Notes: generated by a model from the letters alone, not told the origin. A stretch of 64,000 nucleotides of DNA from an uncultured Candidatus Saccharibacteria bacterium (GCA_964360065.1 CAYHTW010000003.1:44853-108852), one strand, 5' to 3'; positions 21,396 through 31,852 are shown, counted from the stretch's first letter. Translations and numbers: made by a program.

Positions 21396-23118
21396 CTTCT
21401 ATTATTTTTATTTTTTTACAAATGTCGTCGAATTCCCTTAACTTAATCATCATATCCTCCGGAGAACTTTCTTCCTCCATACGGGTTATAATAGTGGCCA
21501 TTTCGCGCCTCTTGTTTCTTAAGTACTCCAGTTCTAACTCTTGGAATACTTTTTGGAGTTCTGTCTTTATAATTTCTTCATTGATATCCGCCTCCAGGCT
21601 TGAACGAAGTTCAATCATGTCCAATAAAGCTCTGGTGTCGTTTTCCAAAGATGATGTCTCGCCTTTAGCAAGGGCAAGATACGCCCCTTTATATCTCGGC
21701 GGAACGAAATCGGCATAAGCCTCTTCGTTATGATCGCCTGGGTGTATGCTCATTAAACTTAGCATTCTCAAGGTTACATTATCAAGCCGGCTGTACTTAT
21801 CTTTTTCTTTTTCTCCAACTGCCGGCTCCATCTTTTTAAATGTGTAAGCTTCTGCGTCTTTCAGTCTTTCCAATTCTTCGGCCAGCTCTTTTATTGGCAC
21901 GCTGGAACGATGAGAAAGTTCCCGGAGCCAATTGGCCTGGTCTATCATATTCCAAAGATTTTTTATTTTAGCTAGTAATGTCATCACCACGGCCTTAGAG
22001 GGCCGGCCTTCAGATCCGGCCAAATACCTTTCAAAATAATATTCCATAGCCGGAGTCGGAGCTTTCATGGCTTCCATAACTGCAGTTAGATCTTTTTCTG
22101 CCGCTTCGGCCGGGTCTTTATAGTCCCCGAAGTCCAGCACAAACGGAGTTAAGTCGGAGGCTCCAGCCAAATCTATGGCACGTTCTGCCGCCAAAATGCC
22201 GGCAGAATCTTTATCAAAGGTAATGACAAGATTATCGGCAAATTTCTTCAGAGTACTCAAGTGGTCCGTAGTTAAAGCCGTTCCCGAAGTAGCTGCCAGA
22301 TTTTTTATGCCAGCCTGCCAGAGCATCAAAAAATCCATCTGGCCTTCCACCAAAAGCGCTGTCTTAGTTTCTCTTATCTCGCTTTTACTCTTCCAAAAAC
22401 CGTAAAGCAGACGGGATTTATTAAATATGGGAGTCTCGGGACTATTAATATACTTGCCCATCTCTCCGTTATCCAATTCCGGCAAAATACGACCTGAAAA
22501 ACCAACTACCTTGCCGGAATGATTATGAATCGGGAACATTATTCTGCCCCGAAAACGATCTATGTATTTATTTGATTTCTCGGACTTGAAAACCAATCCG
22601 GCTCTCACTAGATCGCTTACGGCAAAACCCTGCGCGACTAAATGAACCGTCAAGGCGTCGAAGCTGTTAGCGGCAAAACCTATTTCAAATTCCGCGATTG
22701 TTTCGCGGTTAAGCTTCCTCTCCTTTAAATATTCCTGGGCTCTCTCTGAATTTTCTAGCTCGTTGTTCCACACCTCGGCTGCCGCGGCATTGATGTCGTA
22801 AAGAATACCGAATTGCTTCTGGTCGGTTGGGCTAAGTCTCCTTAACTCCACGCCGGCCTTCTCGGCGAGTACTACAAGCGCCTCCGAGAATTCAATATTC
22901 TCGTACTTCATTAAAAACTTAAAGATATCGCCACCCTCGCCGCAACCGAAACAATGCCAAATCTGCTTTTCGGTGGAGACTATGAAAGAGGCGGTTTTCT
23001 CCTGGTGGAAGGGGCAGTTAGCTTTAAAATTACGCCCTGCAGGCCTTAAATCAATGTATTCCCGTAAGACTTGAACAATATCAAGCTTTGATTTTATTTC
23101 TTCTGAAGGTAAGGCCAT
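21373..23118 (-). CDS. dnaG: DNA primase
   Basis: CPFH...CFGC zinc finger, [26 protein letters not shown] motifs. Confidence 0.97.
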   Translation of the reverse strand: MALPSEEIKSKLDIVQVLREYIDLRPAGRNFKANCPFHQEKTASFIVSTEKQIWHCFGCGEGGDIFKFLMKYENIEFSEALVVLAEKAGVELRRLSPTDQKQFGILYDINAAAAEVWNNELENSERAQEYLKERKLNRETIAEFEIGFAANSFDALTVHLVAQGFAVSDLVRAGLVFKSEKSNKYIDRFRGRIMFPIHNHSGKVVGFSGRILPELDNGEMGKYINSPETPIFNKSRLLYGFWKSKSEIRETKTALLVEGQMDFLMLWQAGIKNLAATSGTALTTDHLSTLKKFADNLVITFDKDSAGILAAERAIDLAGASDLTPFVLDFGDYKDPAEAAEKDLTAVMEAMKAPTPAMEYYFERYLAGSEGRPSKAVVMTLLAKIKNLWNMIDQANWLRELSHRSSVPIKELAEELERLKDAEAYTFKKMEPAVGEKEKDKYSRLDNVTLRMLSLMSIHPGDHNEEAYADFVPPRYKGAYLALAKGETSSLENDTRALLDMIELRSSLEADINEEIIKTELQKVFQELELEYLRNKRREMATIITRMEEESSPEDMMIKLREFDDICKKIKIIEDVKKREI

Positions 23119-23170
23119 CGCCCCTAAATATAACGCTTCGGTTCGCAGTTTACAAAAGGTTCAATACTCT

Positions 23171-23632
23171 TTATCTGAAAGGCTTAGCGGGAATCGTAGA
23201 ATTGGCTTTAAAGAGTTCTGGGTCAATGGTACGGGTAAAGCAGACATTTCCCTTAGAATGAGGCCACTTTGATTCCACTCCGTAGGTTACCGGAGTCGGG
23301 TAAGCTTGATTGGCAACATTCTCGGTTGAAAAGTCTGCGCAAAGTTTAAATTGATACTGCCCCAAAACTTCGTAGGTATAATCTTTATTATTTTCAGTAT
23401 CTCTAGGAACAGTGAAATAATTTAAATCGTTATTAAGCTCAACTAACTTGTCGGGCAATTTACTTTTTTGCTGCCAATAATTAATTATCTCGTTCTGTAT
23501 TGAAGAGAGATCATTAATTCTCTTTTCATCAAGCTTCTCTAACCTTCTATCGGCTGGAGACCCTATAAAAAAGAAACTGGCGACAACGGCCGCGGCTACA
23601 ACGAGACAAACTGCCCAGGCAAAATATTTCAT
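23171..23632 (-). CDS. Membrane-anchored protein, likely the C-terminal half of a DUF5671-type protein
   Basis: N-terminal TM, GSP..R...D..R..DL motif, LCADF and CFTR cysteines; in frame directly after the upstream TAA. Confidence 0.7.
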   Translation of the reverse strand: MKYFAWAVCLVVAAAVVASFFFIGSPADRRLEKLDEKRINDLSSIQNEIINYWQQKSKLPDKLVELNNDLNYFTVPRDTENNKDYTYEVLGQYQFKLCADFSTENVANQAYPTPVTYGVESKWPHSKGNVCFTRTIDPELFKANSTIPAKPFR

Positions 23633-24133
23633 TTATTCAGTCTTATATTTTTTAAGATCGGAGAAGTAATAACCGAAGATAAAGCCTACCACTGCCAAAA
23701 AGGTTATCACCTTGAAAATAAATCTGGCCGTAATCTCTCCGCTTAGGAAAGTATTAATTAAAACTATAAAGTCCCCCATAATAATGACGGCGGCTAAAAA
23801 GAGTGTGAAATAAACCAACCATTTCCTAATCCTCACGTTCCTCTTCTCGGGATTATTCACGTACTCTTTGTTCATATACCAAAGAGAGGCCACGTAAACC
23901 GGGAAAGCGACTACAAGAGATGAGACAGCGAAACGAATAGTGTCATAAGCTGACTTAAGCGGATTGTAATAATTATTTGAGTCTAAAGTATCGGGGAAGA
24001 AGATATTAATGTATTGAAAAATAAGAACTATGAAGCTAGCGGAGGCTATATATAAGGCGAACGTTGAGAGTAAGTTTAAGAAAAAATCCTTGGGCGACGC
24101 TTTAGGTGCCTGAGGCTTAATTTGATTTTCCAT
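23633..24133 (-). CDS. DUF5671-like multi-pass membrane protein
   Basis: PKDFFLNL, IRFAVSSLVVAFPVY, IRKWLVYFTLF. Confidence 0.7.
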   Translation of the reverse strand: MENQIKPQAPKASPKDFFLNLLSTFALYIASASFIVLIFQYINIFFPDTLDSNNYYNPLKSAYDTIRFAVSSLVVAFPVYVASLWYMNKEYVNNPEKRNVRIRKWLVYFTLFLAAVIIMGDFIVLINTFLSGEITARFIFKVITFLAVVGFIFGYYFSDLKKYKTE

Positions 24134-24256
24134 AATTAAGATGTATTGTCCATGTTTGTATCATTTATAACAAAGCCTTAAACCCTACCATATTATTATA
24201 CAATATCTCTAAACTTTCTTGTAGATAACCTAGAAATAAATCACATAGCATTCTAC

Positions 24257-25321
24257 TCACCTTACTAGGTCAAAGCTCTTGCCCGAAACTATAGCCGAAG
24301 AGATTTCAGAGGGCAAAGCACCCGAAATTAAATCTTCTATAACCTTCTCGGCAACATCTTCCGAGGCTAATGAAACCTCACTGTGGTTGATGGAAAGTGG
24401 CAACAGGCTAAAACTAACTTTATCTTGGCCAATTTCTACCCGCACTGCCAATCCCCGTGTTGTCTTTACTGAAAAATTCTGGTCAAAGATAAAATTACCC
24501 AGAGAATAAAAGATGACCTTACCTTTATATATTTCTAAAGGCTCTACTACATGAGGATGAGCGCCGAAAATAGCATCCACTCCAGCATCTATAAGGATGT
24601 GGGCTAGGGCCTGTTGCTCTAGTGAGGGCTGGAGCTCGTACTCCACTCCCCAATGAGCCACGAGTATTAGATAAGAACATTGGGGTTTAATTCTTTCTAT
24701 CTCTTTGATGACGGAGGCAGTATTAGGATCATAAAGAGAATGGTAGCCAACTAAACAGATATTCTGATTTTTTATTTTTAATTCACCTGAAATATTTACA
24801 TTATTCAAAGTCGAACCAAAAGAAACTATTCCCGCTTTTCTTAAATAATTTACAGTCTTCAGGTAACCGCTGTTCCCGAAGTCCAAGGAATGGTTATTAG
24901 CGGAACTTAAGGCGGTAAACCCGACGCTCTTTAGCCATTCGGCATAGTGCGGGTCAAAAGTGAAATTAAAAATAGAGTTGTCGGGTATCGCTACTGATTT
25001 CTCGTTAGTTATTGTACCTTCCAAGTTACCCACTACTGCATCCGATCCCCTGAAGATGTCACTCAATCCCATAGCCAAAGAAGCATCTCCGTAGTTTTTG
25101 GCCCGTATAGCTACTCCCCGATCCAACATCACGTCTCCAGTGAAAATTATCTTAGGATTATCGGCTTTCAGTTCTTGTGTCTCAACAGGAACAGCAGGAA
25201 TGTCCCCGGCTTTACCGGACGACGCGATAAGCAATGTTAAAGGAACCAAAATAATAACCAAAAGCAACAATCCCAAAAGAAAACCTTGCGCTACAGCTTT
25301 TTTGATATCATGTTTATTCAC
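24257..25321 (-). CDS. CapA/PgsA family metallophosphoesterase
   Basis: GDVMLDRGV, GNLEG, ANNHSLDFG, HWGVEY, GAHPHV, YSLGNF. Start moved to GTG 25321 because the track ORF runs through the tRNA-Ser gene and its terminator. Confidence 0.88.
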   Translation of the reverse strand: MNKHDIKKAVAQGFLLGLLLLVIILVPLTLLIASSGKAGDIPAVPVETQELKADNPKIIFTGDVMLDRGVAIRAKNYGDASLAMGLSDIFRGSDAVVGNLEGTITNEKSVAIPDNSIFNFTFDPHYAEWLKSVGFTALSSANNHSLDFGNSGYLKTVNYLRKAGIVSFGSTLNNVNISGELKIKNQNICLVGYHSLYDPNTASVIKEIERIKPQCSYLILVAHWGVEYELQPSLEQQALAHILIDAGVDAIFGAHPHVVEPLEIYKGKVIFYSLGNFIFDQNFSVKTTRGLAVRVEIGQDKVSFSLLPLSINHSEVSLASEDVAEKVIEDLISGALPSEISSAIVSGKSFDLVR

Positions 25322-25327
25322 GAAACT

Positions 25328-25354
25328 AAAAACAGTATACCAAAAGGCATACTG
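25328..25354 (-). terminator. Intrinsic terminator after tRNA-Ser
   Basis: Minus strand CAGTATGCCTTTTGGTATACTG followed by TTTTT. Confidence 0.7.
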
Positions 25355-25362
25355 ATTTTCAT

Positions 25363-25452
25363 TGGCGGAGGGTGAGGGATTTGAACCCTCGATGAGATTG
25401 CTCCCATACCATCTTTCCAAGATGGCGCACTAGACCACTATGCGAACCCTCC
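25363..25452 (-). tRNA. tRNA-Ser(GGA)
   Basis: GGAGGGT...ACCCTCC-G-CCA acceptor stem, anticodon arm CCATC-TTGGAAA-GATGG, long variable arm, GTTCAAATC T-loop. Confidence 0.96.
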
Positions 25453-25508
25453 TTGTCTTATCCGCGCCAAACCCCTCCTGCCGGCAGATAGGACAGCGCG
25501 AACCCTCC
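25453..25508 (-). repeat. Hairpin insert plus duplicated tRNA-Ser 5' end (GGAGGGTTCGC)
   Basis: 25498-25508 equals 25442-25452; the 45 bp between have TGTCTTATC/GATAGGACA arms and a CTGCCGGCAG palindrome. Confidence 0.8.
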
Positions 25509-25572
25509 TAAATAATGACTAATTTACTCTAGCTCATCATTCTGAAGCAATCAATAATAAAGCCATGAAGTA

Positions 25573-25600
25573 AAAAGACACGCCTTGCGGAGTGTCTTTT
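25573..25600 (-). terminator. Intrinsic terminator (possibly bidirectional)
   Basis: AAAAGACAC-N10-GTGTCTTTT. Confidence 0.75.
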
Positions 25601-25617
25601 ATGATAGATTATCGAGA

Positions 25618-25803
25618 TTAGGCCAGGATAGGAATGGAAATGGTGTTGAAACCAAACATCGAAGCAGTCTCGGGGTCTGCCTTGCAGTCCTTACGAGCTT
25701 GCACGAATGCCCTCTTCTGATCCTTAACCTTGGAACCTGATAATTTCGCAGCACGACTTGCAGTTAGCAAACATGAGCGATCGTTGTATACATCCTTATA
25801 CAT
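25618..25803 (-). CDS. 61-aa orphan protein with its own promoter and terminator
   Basis: ORF bracketed by a consensus sigma70 promoter and a terminator. Confidence 0.6.
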   Translation of the reverse strand: MYKDVYNDRSCLLTASRAAKLSGSKVKDQKRAFVQARKDCKADPETASMFGFNTISIPILA

Positions 25804-25839
25804 ACGTATTGTAATTATTAAATAACTAATAATAATTTC

Positions 25840-25868
25840 ATTATACCATAATAACAGATTCTTGTCAA
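25840..25868 (-). promoter_or_regulatory. Consensus sigma70 promoter TTGACA-N17-TATAAT with TGn extension
   Basis: Plus strand tgtcaa 25863-25868 and attata 25840-25845; 17-bp spacer. Confidence 0.8.
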
Positions 25869-25899
25869 TAGTAGTCTAATCCTAGAATAAAAAAGTCAC

Positions 25900-25925
25900 A
25901 AAAAGCCCCCTTTTAGATGGGGTTT
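25900..25925 (-). terminator. Terminator after htpX
   Basis: Minus strand AAACCCC-loop-GGGGGCTTTTT. Confidence 0.6.
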
Positions 25926-25953
25926 CACTATATTTACTTGAGGCAAAAGGGTA

Positions 25954-26844
25954 TTAAATTTTCATTCCCCTCAAGGCCGCAATTCTTTCCTCCGTTGGAG
26001 GATGAGTCATAAATAGTTTGGCGAAAAACGGAGTTTTCTTTTTATTCTCAAAAGGATTTTCAATCCATAAGTGAGCCGTAGTGTTATTGGCTCTGCGCAT
26101 CGGAGTCGTATCTTTGGCCAGCTTTTCGAGAGCGCTCGCTAATCCTTCCGGGTAACGAGTGAGAAGCGCTCCAGAAGCGTCTGCTAGAGATTCTCTTTTC
26201 CTTGAAATGGCGAACTGTAAAAGCATGGCGGCAAGTGGAGCAAGTATTGACAGGGCAACGGCTATAATCAGCATAACGGGCGGTGTATCCCTATTGCTAT
26301 TACTTCTGCCGAAAAACATAGATCTCTGAAACATATCGGCAAGTATGGAGATAAATCCAACTAGGATAACGGCCGCGGTTCCTAGTAGCATATCGCGGTT
26401 CCCGATGTGTGACATCTCGTGAGCCAACACGCCCTCAAGTTCTGACTTATCCATTGTTTGGAGCAAGCCTTCGGTCACGGCAATCACAGCATGTTGCGGA
26501 TCCCGTCCAGTCGCAAAAGCGTTCGGCGACTTCTCGGGAACCAAATAAATTTTAGGAGTTGGCAACCCAGCTGTGATGGCCAGGTTCTCCACAATTCGGT
26601 AAAGTTCCGGCGCGTTGTCCATAGTCACTGGTTTCGCGGCATACATAGAAAGAACAATTCTGTCGGAATACCAATAACTGACAATGCTCGTTACAACACT
26701 GAAGGTGACAGCAAAGAAAAGAATACCTGAATTACCATAAACCTGGGAAAAAATATAACCGATACCGATAACAGACGACAAAAATACGGTGAAAAGAAGC
26801 CAGGTTTTCCTGATATTGGAATCCTTATGCGTGTAGATAGACAT
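25954..26844 (-). CDS. htpX: Zinc metalloprotease HtpX (M48)
   Basis: PNAFATGR, HEMSH, SRKRESLAD, THPP. Confidence 0.94.
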   Translation of the reverse strand: MSIYTHKDSNIRKTWLLFTVFLSSVIGIGYIFSQVYGNSGILFFAVTFSVVTSIVSYWYSDRIVLSMYAAKPVTMDNAPELYRIVENLAITAGLPTPKIYLVPEKSPNAFATGRDPQHAVIAVTEGLLQTMDKSELEGVLAHEMSHIGNRDMLLGTAAVILVGFISILADMFQRSMFFGRSNSNRDTPPVMLIIAVALSILAPLAAMLLQFAISRKRESLADASGALLTRYPEGLASALEKLAKDTTPMRRANNTTAHLWIENPFENKKKTPFFAKLFMTHPPTEERIAALRGMKI

Positions 26845-26852
26845 TAAAAATT

Positions 26853-27413
26853 CTAAAACTGTACCTTAACGGGGGCTTTTTCGGCATCGTTCGTAGTCTC
26901 AAAGAATTTTTCTTCTTGGAAACCAAAAGTGTTGGCTATAATGTTAGTTGGGAAGGTGCCTATAGCGGTATTTAAATCCATAATAGTGCTGTTGTAGAAA
27001 CGGCGAGAAGCCTGGACTTTATTTTCCGTATCGGATAATTCTTTCTGTAACTCAATGAAGTTAGTACTAGCTTTAAGGTCCGGATAGTTTTCAGCCACGG
27101 CGAATAGAGTCTTTAAAGTTCCGCTAAGCATATTTTCCGCCTTGTCTCTTTCTAGCGGGCTGCCACTATTACTGGCTACGCTCGCCCTAGCTCGGGTAAC
27201 ATTTTCCAAAACTCCCTTTTCATGAGAGGCATAACCCTTAACTGTTTCTATCAAATTCGGTATCAAATCAAATCTCCTCTTCAGTTGCACATCTATATCC
27301 GATACAGCCTCTTTGGCACGGAACCTTAAGCTAATCAGCCTGTTGTAAATAATAACCACCCACAAAATTAGGATGACTACGAATGCTATTAAAACATTAG
27401 TTGTATTAAACAT
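26853..27413 (-). CDS. lemA: LemA family protein
   Basis: IDVQLKRRFDLIPNLIETVKGY, AENYPDLKA. Confidence 0.94.
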   Translation of the reverse strand: MFNTTNVLIAFVVILILWVVIIYNRLISLRFRAKEAVSDIDVQLKRRFDLIPNLIETVKGYASHEKGVLENVTRARASVASNSGSPLERDKAENMLSGTLKTLFAVAENYPDLKASTNFIELQKELSDTENKVQASRRFYNSTIMDLNTAIGTFPTNIIANTFGFQEEKFFETTNDAEKAPVKVQF

Positions 27414-27424
27414 TTATTTTTATC

Positions 27425-29059
27425 TTAAAAATCGCCTGGCATGCCGCTCATGCCTCCGCCCGGAGACGGGTTTTTCTTTTCCGGAATTTCTATCATAGCC
27501 GCCCCTATCGTCAAATAAGTGGCGGCTACCGAAACTGCATTTATAAAAGCTGTCTTGGTGACTTTAAGAGGATCAACTATACCGACTTCCTTCAAGTCTC
27601 CAACCTGGTTAGTCACAGCGTTAAAACCGGTCCAGGCGCTATTCGTTCTAGTCCTTTCTTTCACGACTTCGGATACAACCCTCTCCGCTGACTGGCCGCT
27701 ATTTTCCACTATGGCTTTAAGTGGTGAGAGCAAAGTTTTTTGGAGTATTTCTCTTGCGGCTTTGCCAATAGCGTTATCTGACTCCTTAAGCTTCACTCCA
27801 AATAGAGCCATGCCTCCACCAGGAACAATACCCTCTTCCATGGCGGCGCGGGTAGCGGAAACTGCGTCCTCTACTCTCTGTTTTAATTCTTTCTGGGCGG
27901 TTTCGGTAGGAGCCCCTACTTTAATAATCGCTACGCCGCCGGATAATTTACCCAAACGTTCCTGCAACTTCTCTTTATCAAAATCGGAATCTGTTTTCTG
28001 TATCTGACTTTTCAACTGACTGATACGTTTCTGTATTTCTTCTTTACTGCCCCCGCCGTCAACAATTGTAGTGTTGTCTTTATTGGATACCACACGCCTG
28101 GCCTTACCTAGAGATGCAATATCTACGGTACTTAGCTTCTTACCCAAATCTTCGGAAATAAGTTCGGCTCCGGTCACAACCGCGATGTCCTGCAACATTT
28201 CTTTCCTTCTGTCGCCGAATCCTGGAGCTTTAATCGCCAAGGCGTTAAATATGCCTCTGATTTTATTGACTATTAGAGTTGCTAAGGCTTCGCCATCAAT
28301 ATCTTCGGCAATAATCACCAATTCCTTTCTGCCACTTTGAATCATTTTTTCCAGCAACGGCAATAAATCACTAATGGAAGAAATCTTTTTATCCGTTACT
28401 AAGACGTATGGATTATCCAAGACTGCCTCCATCTTGTCCGGATTAGTTATCAAGTATTGAGAAACAAACCCTCTATCAAATTGCATTCCCTCTACGATTT
28501 CGTGGGAATTGCCAATTGTATTAGAGTCTTCCACGGTCACTACTCCTTCTTTGCCGATCTTATGCATCACTTCCGCTATAAGTTTGCCAATGTTGGAATC
28601 CTTGGCAGAAAGCCTAGCAACCTCTTCAATCTTCCCTTGGTCGTTAATAACTTCTTTCTGCTTTTCCAGTTCCGCCACCACTTCCTCGGAAGCCCGCCTA
28701 AGCTCTTCTGCTAGCTGAATAACATTAAAACCTTTTTCTCTGATAGCTTTCTCTCCCTCTTCTATGATGGAATGTGTCAGAACGACAGCGGTAGTTGTGC
28801 CGTCTCCGACATTGTCATTAGTCTTCTCGGCAGCTTGCTTGATAAAACTGGCTCCCAAGTTTTCATACTTATCTTCCAGTTCAACTTCTTTGGCAACTGT
28901 AACTCCATCAAAAGTTACCTGCGGAGCGCCGTAGCTTTTTTCTATAACCGCGGCCCGCCCTCTGGGCCCTAAAGTCATCCTGACGGCCTGAGCTAGTTTA
29001 TCTATTCCCTTCTTCAGCGATTCTCTCGCTTTTTCGTCAAATTTAATTTCTTTTGCCAT
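27425..29059 (-). CDS. groEL: Chaperonin GroEL
   Basis: [35 protein letters not shown]. Confidence 0.98.
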   Translation of the reverse strand: MAKEIKFDEKARESLKKGIDKLAQAVRMTLGPRGRAAVIEKSYGAPQVTFDGVTVAKEVELEDKYENLGASFIKQAAEKTNDNVGDGTTTAVVLTHSIIEEGEKAIREKGFNVIQLAEELRRASEEVVAELEKQKEVINDQGKIEEVARLSAKDSNIGKLIAEVMHKIGKEGVVTVEDSNTIGNSHEIVEGMQFDRGFVSQYLITNPDKMEAVLDNPYVLVTDKKISSISDLLPLLEKMIQSGRKELVIIAEDIDGEALATLIVNKIRGIFNALAIKAPGFGDRRKEMLQDIAVVTGAELISEDLGKKLSTVDIASLGKARRVVSNKDNTTIVDGGGSKEEIQKRISQLKSQIQKTDSDFDKEKLQERLGKLSGGVAIIKVGAPTETAQKELKQRVEDAVSATRAAMEEGIVPGGGMALFGVKLKESDNAIGKAAREILQKTLLSPLKAIVENSGQSAERVVSEVVKERTRTNSAWTGFNAVTNQVGDLKEVGIVDPLKVTKTAFINAVSVAATYLTIGAAMIEIPEKKNPSPGGGMSGMPGDF

Positions 29060-29137
29060 ATTTATATAAATTTATTTTAATTTATCTACAAATATGAGCA
29101 TCCCGCACTCGTCAGAGTTGCGGGGTGCCATACTTAT

Positions 29138-29431
29138 TTATCCTTCTATCACGGCCAATATATCGTCTTCGTCTCCAATCAGATACTTTTTTCCGCTTAC
29201 CTCCGCTTCTCGCAGACCATATTTCCTGACTAGAACTTTATCTCCAACTTTAACGGCCATAGGTACTCTCTCATTTTTATCATTCAGTCTTCCCGGGCCC
29301 ACAGCCACAACTTCAGCTTGGACAGGGTCTTCGTTGCCGACCGTGTCGGGTATAAAAATGCCTGACTTGGTAACTTTCTCTTCCACGGGCAATTCCAAAA
29401 ATACTTTATTAAAAAGGGGTCTTAAATTCAT
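29138..29431 (-). CDS. groES: Co-chaperonin GroES
   Basis: MNLRPL, TKSGIFIPDT, VVAVGPG, VKVGDKV. Confidence 0.97.
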   Translation of the reverse strand: MNLRPLFNKVFLELPVEEKVTKSGIFIPDTVGNEDPVQAEVVAVGPGRLNDKNERVPMAVKVGDKVLVRKYGLREAEVSGKKYLIGDEDDILAVIEG

Positions 29432-29437
29432 ATCAAC

Positions 29438-29466
29438 AACTTAAGATTTGTAGAGCGCATTGTCAA
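29438..29466 (-). promoter_or_regulatory. groES promoter TTGACA-N17-TAAGTT, predicting a leaderless start
   Basis: tgtcaa 29461-29466 and aactta 29438-29443; the ATG lies 6 nt after the -10. Confidence 0.55.
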
Positions 29467-29510
29467 GGTTTTTAGGGTTCGCTCTAAACAGTAACTTCCG
29501 TCACTTACAC

Positions 29511-30557
29511 TTAGTTAACTCGTTTTTCATTATCATTCTGGAAATCTAGGGCCTCCGGCTCTATGGCAACGTCTTCCCCAGCTACTCTTTCCAGTTCGTT
29601 CTCTCCTATCAGAACTATGTTCTTAACACGCTCAACTATCAGTCCCAAACGTTTTTCAGTTGAACCATAAGCGCCGCTGGCGTTACTGATATGCTTGCCA
29701 AGCACCCTAAATTCTTCATCCAATTTTTCGCCGTCTATTCTTAATCTTTCCAAACGTTTCATTATCTCCTTGGTTTGCCCGCTAACCTCCACATTGCGAA
29801 ACCACTGATGTATTGCGCTCACTGTCAGATAGAAAGTGTTCGGAGAGACTAAAACAACTTTTTTCAATCTGGCGTATTTAGGAATATCAACATCCTCTAT
29901 GTTGCTGACAAGCTCGTAGTAGATCGATTCCGCCGGTACGTACATCAGGGACATATCGGTAGTGTTTTCTGATGGCAGGATATATTTATTGGCTATATCG
30001 TCTATTTTCTTTTTCACATCGGACAAAAACTGTTTGCGGTGTATATCACGATTAATATCATTGTCAGCTTTTATCATTTTTTCAAAATTCTCCCAGTTAA
30101 ATTTGGAGTCTATTGGGAGTATCAGATTATTCGGGAGCTTGAGGACTGCGTCCACTGCCTCGCCAGATATGAAATAATGCTGAATCTCATACTGATCTTT
30201 GCCGAAATATTGGCCCAGTGATGATTCCAGAGACGCTTCCCCCCAGTTGCCTCGAAGCTTCGGAGATTTAAATATATCTTGAAACGAAACAACGCTTTTC
30301 ACAGATTCCTGCACTTGCTCCACACGATTACGTAAGTCGCTCATGCCTCTAGTGAAACTCTCCACTTGGCCATGAACGGACATAGTAGCATCTTTGTTTT
30401 CCTTTAAACGGTCGCTTATAAGTTGGTTCAGTTGAGTGATAACATCGCTCTCTCCTCCCTGTTTCCTTGATGACATTACTAAATAAAGAACAGCTCCAGA
30501 AAGAAGTATAAATATAACAAGCGCGCCAAGTATTGAAAGAAGTACTATATTATCCAT
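29511..30557 (-). CDS. rmuC: DNA recombination protein RmuC
   Basis: LRGNWGE, PIDSKF, MYVPAESIY, VSPNT. Confidence 0.9.
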   Translation of the reverse strand: MDNIVLLSILGALVIFILLSGAVLYLVMSSRKQGGESDVITQLNQLISDRLKENKDATMSVHGQVESFTRGMSDLRNRVEQVQESVKSVVSFQDIFKSPKLRGNWGEASLESSLGQYFGKDQYEIQHYFISGEAVDAVLKLPNNLILPIDSKFNWENFEKMIKADNDINRDIHRKQFLSDVKKKIDDIANKYILPSENTTDMSLMYVPAESIYYELVSNIEDVDIPKYARLKKVVLVSPNTFYLTVSAIHQWFRNVEVSGQTKEIMKRLERLRIDGEKLDEEFRVLGKHISNASGAYGSTEKRLGLIVERVKNIVLIGENELERVAGEDVAIEPEALDFQNDNEKRVN

Positions 30558-30587
30558 TTCACAATTACGCTGTAATTATATAGGATA

Positions 30588-31841
30588 TTGATACTTATGG
30601 GAAAAAGAATCGTAATTATTGGAGCGGGTTTCGGAGGTTTAAGAACAGCTATGATTTTAGGCCGGGAAGTTGGTAAAGACCATGAAATCATCCTGATAGA
30701 TAAGAACCATTACCATACTTTCCACGCTTTACTGTACGAAGCCGCCACCACTTCTCAAGCAGTGGCCAACCATTTAGATCTACACAACGTTATCACTTAC
30801 TATGTAGACGACATCGTTGAAAGTAGGCACGTTAAGTTCATTAAGGCGGATGTAACTGACATTGATATAAGCGAAGGAGACATTCACTTTCTAGACCGTG
30901 ATTCTTTGAAATATGATTTTCTGGTAGTAGCCCTGGGCTCGGAGAGTAATTTTTTTGATATTCCCGGACTTAAGGAGAATGCTCTGGAAATAAAGTCTTT
31001 CGTTAACGCCCTGGAAATTCGCGATAGTATTGCGGCTCTTTTAGATGGAAAGGAAGATATCAAAATAGCCGTAGGAGGCGGAGGTTCAACTGGGGTTGAA
31101 CTCTCGGCAGAAATACAAAACTGGTTTAACGAAATTAAAATGACTAGGAGTAAATTCAATCCCGTAATCACTTTAATTAACGCTGACCCAACTATACTCT
31201 CTGGTTATGATAAAAACGTGGTCCGCCTGGTTTCAAAGCGCCTTGCCAGGCTAGGAGTTAAAACTCTAGACAACGAAACCGTAACCAAAGTCTCACCCAA
31301 CTTAGTCTCACTGAAAAGTGGGCGTGAAGTTCCATATGACGTCTTTATCTGGGCAGGCGGAGTAAAGGCTAACTCTATTCTCCAAACTATGAAGTTAAAG
31401 CTGGAAAACAAAGGCCGTTCCGAAGCTTCCAATAACTTAATCTGTATTCCTGAAGATCCTAGCCTGAAAATCTATGGCCGAATCTACGGCATAGGCGACG
31501 CTATTTGCGCCCGTGACGCCTCCGGTAACTTAACGCCAATGTTAGTCCAGCCCACGTTGCAGCAGGCTAAGGTGGCGGCTAAAAATATTATTTTGGAACT
31601 GCGCGGGAAAGAACCGAAGCTTATCTTTAAACCGTTTAAAAATTATCCCTACATAATTCCTGTCGGAGGTAAATATGCTGTGGGCTGTGTCGGACCTTTG
31701 GTAATTTCCGGTTGGCCATGCTGGATAGCTAAAGGACTGGTTGAAATAAATTATCTCTGTTCTATCATGCCGCCTAAAAAGGCTTTCAAGATTTGGCTTA
31801 AGGGCCTTATGATTTTTATTCAGAACGATCGCTTAGGGTAA
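30588..31841 (+). CDS. Type II NADH dehydrogenase-like FAD oxidoreductase
   Basis: IIGAGFGG, VALGS, GGGSTGVELSAE, WAGGV, GIGD. Confidence 0.85.
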   Translation: MILMGKRIVIIGAGFGGLRTAMILGREVGKDHEIILIDKNHYHTFHALLYEAATTSQAVANHLDLHNVITYYVDDIVESRHVKFIKADVTDIDISEGDIHFLDRDSLKYDFLVVALGSESNFFDIPGLKENALEIKSFVNALEIRDSIAALLDGKEDIKIAVGGGGSTGVELSAEIQNWFNEIKMTRSKFNPVITLINADPTILSGYDKNVVRLVSKRLARLGVKTLDNETVTKVSPNLVSLKSGREVPYDVFIWAGGVKANSILQTMKLKLENKGRSEASNNLICIPEDPSLKIYGRIYGIGDAICARDASGNLTPMLVQPTLQQAKVAAKNIILELRGKEPKLIFKPFKNYPYIIPVGGKYAVGCVGPLVISGWPCWIAKGLVEINYLCSIMPPKKAFKIWLKGLMIFIQNDRLG

Positions 31842-31852
31842 AATAATCCAAC

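Noticed and set aside
25322-25420. N-terminal extension of the CapA ORF in the track
   Set aside because: It overlaps tRNA-Ser and its terminator; GTG 25321 is the more plausible start.
29098-29130. CIRCE operator near groESL
   Set aside because: GCACTC-N4-GAGTTGC does not match TTAGCACTC-N9-GAGTGCTAA, and it lies between the genes rather than at the promoter.
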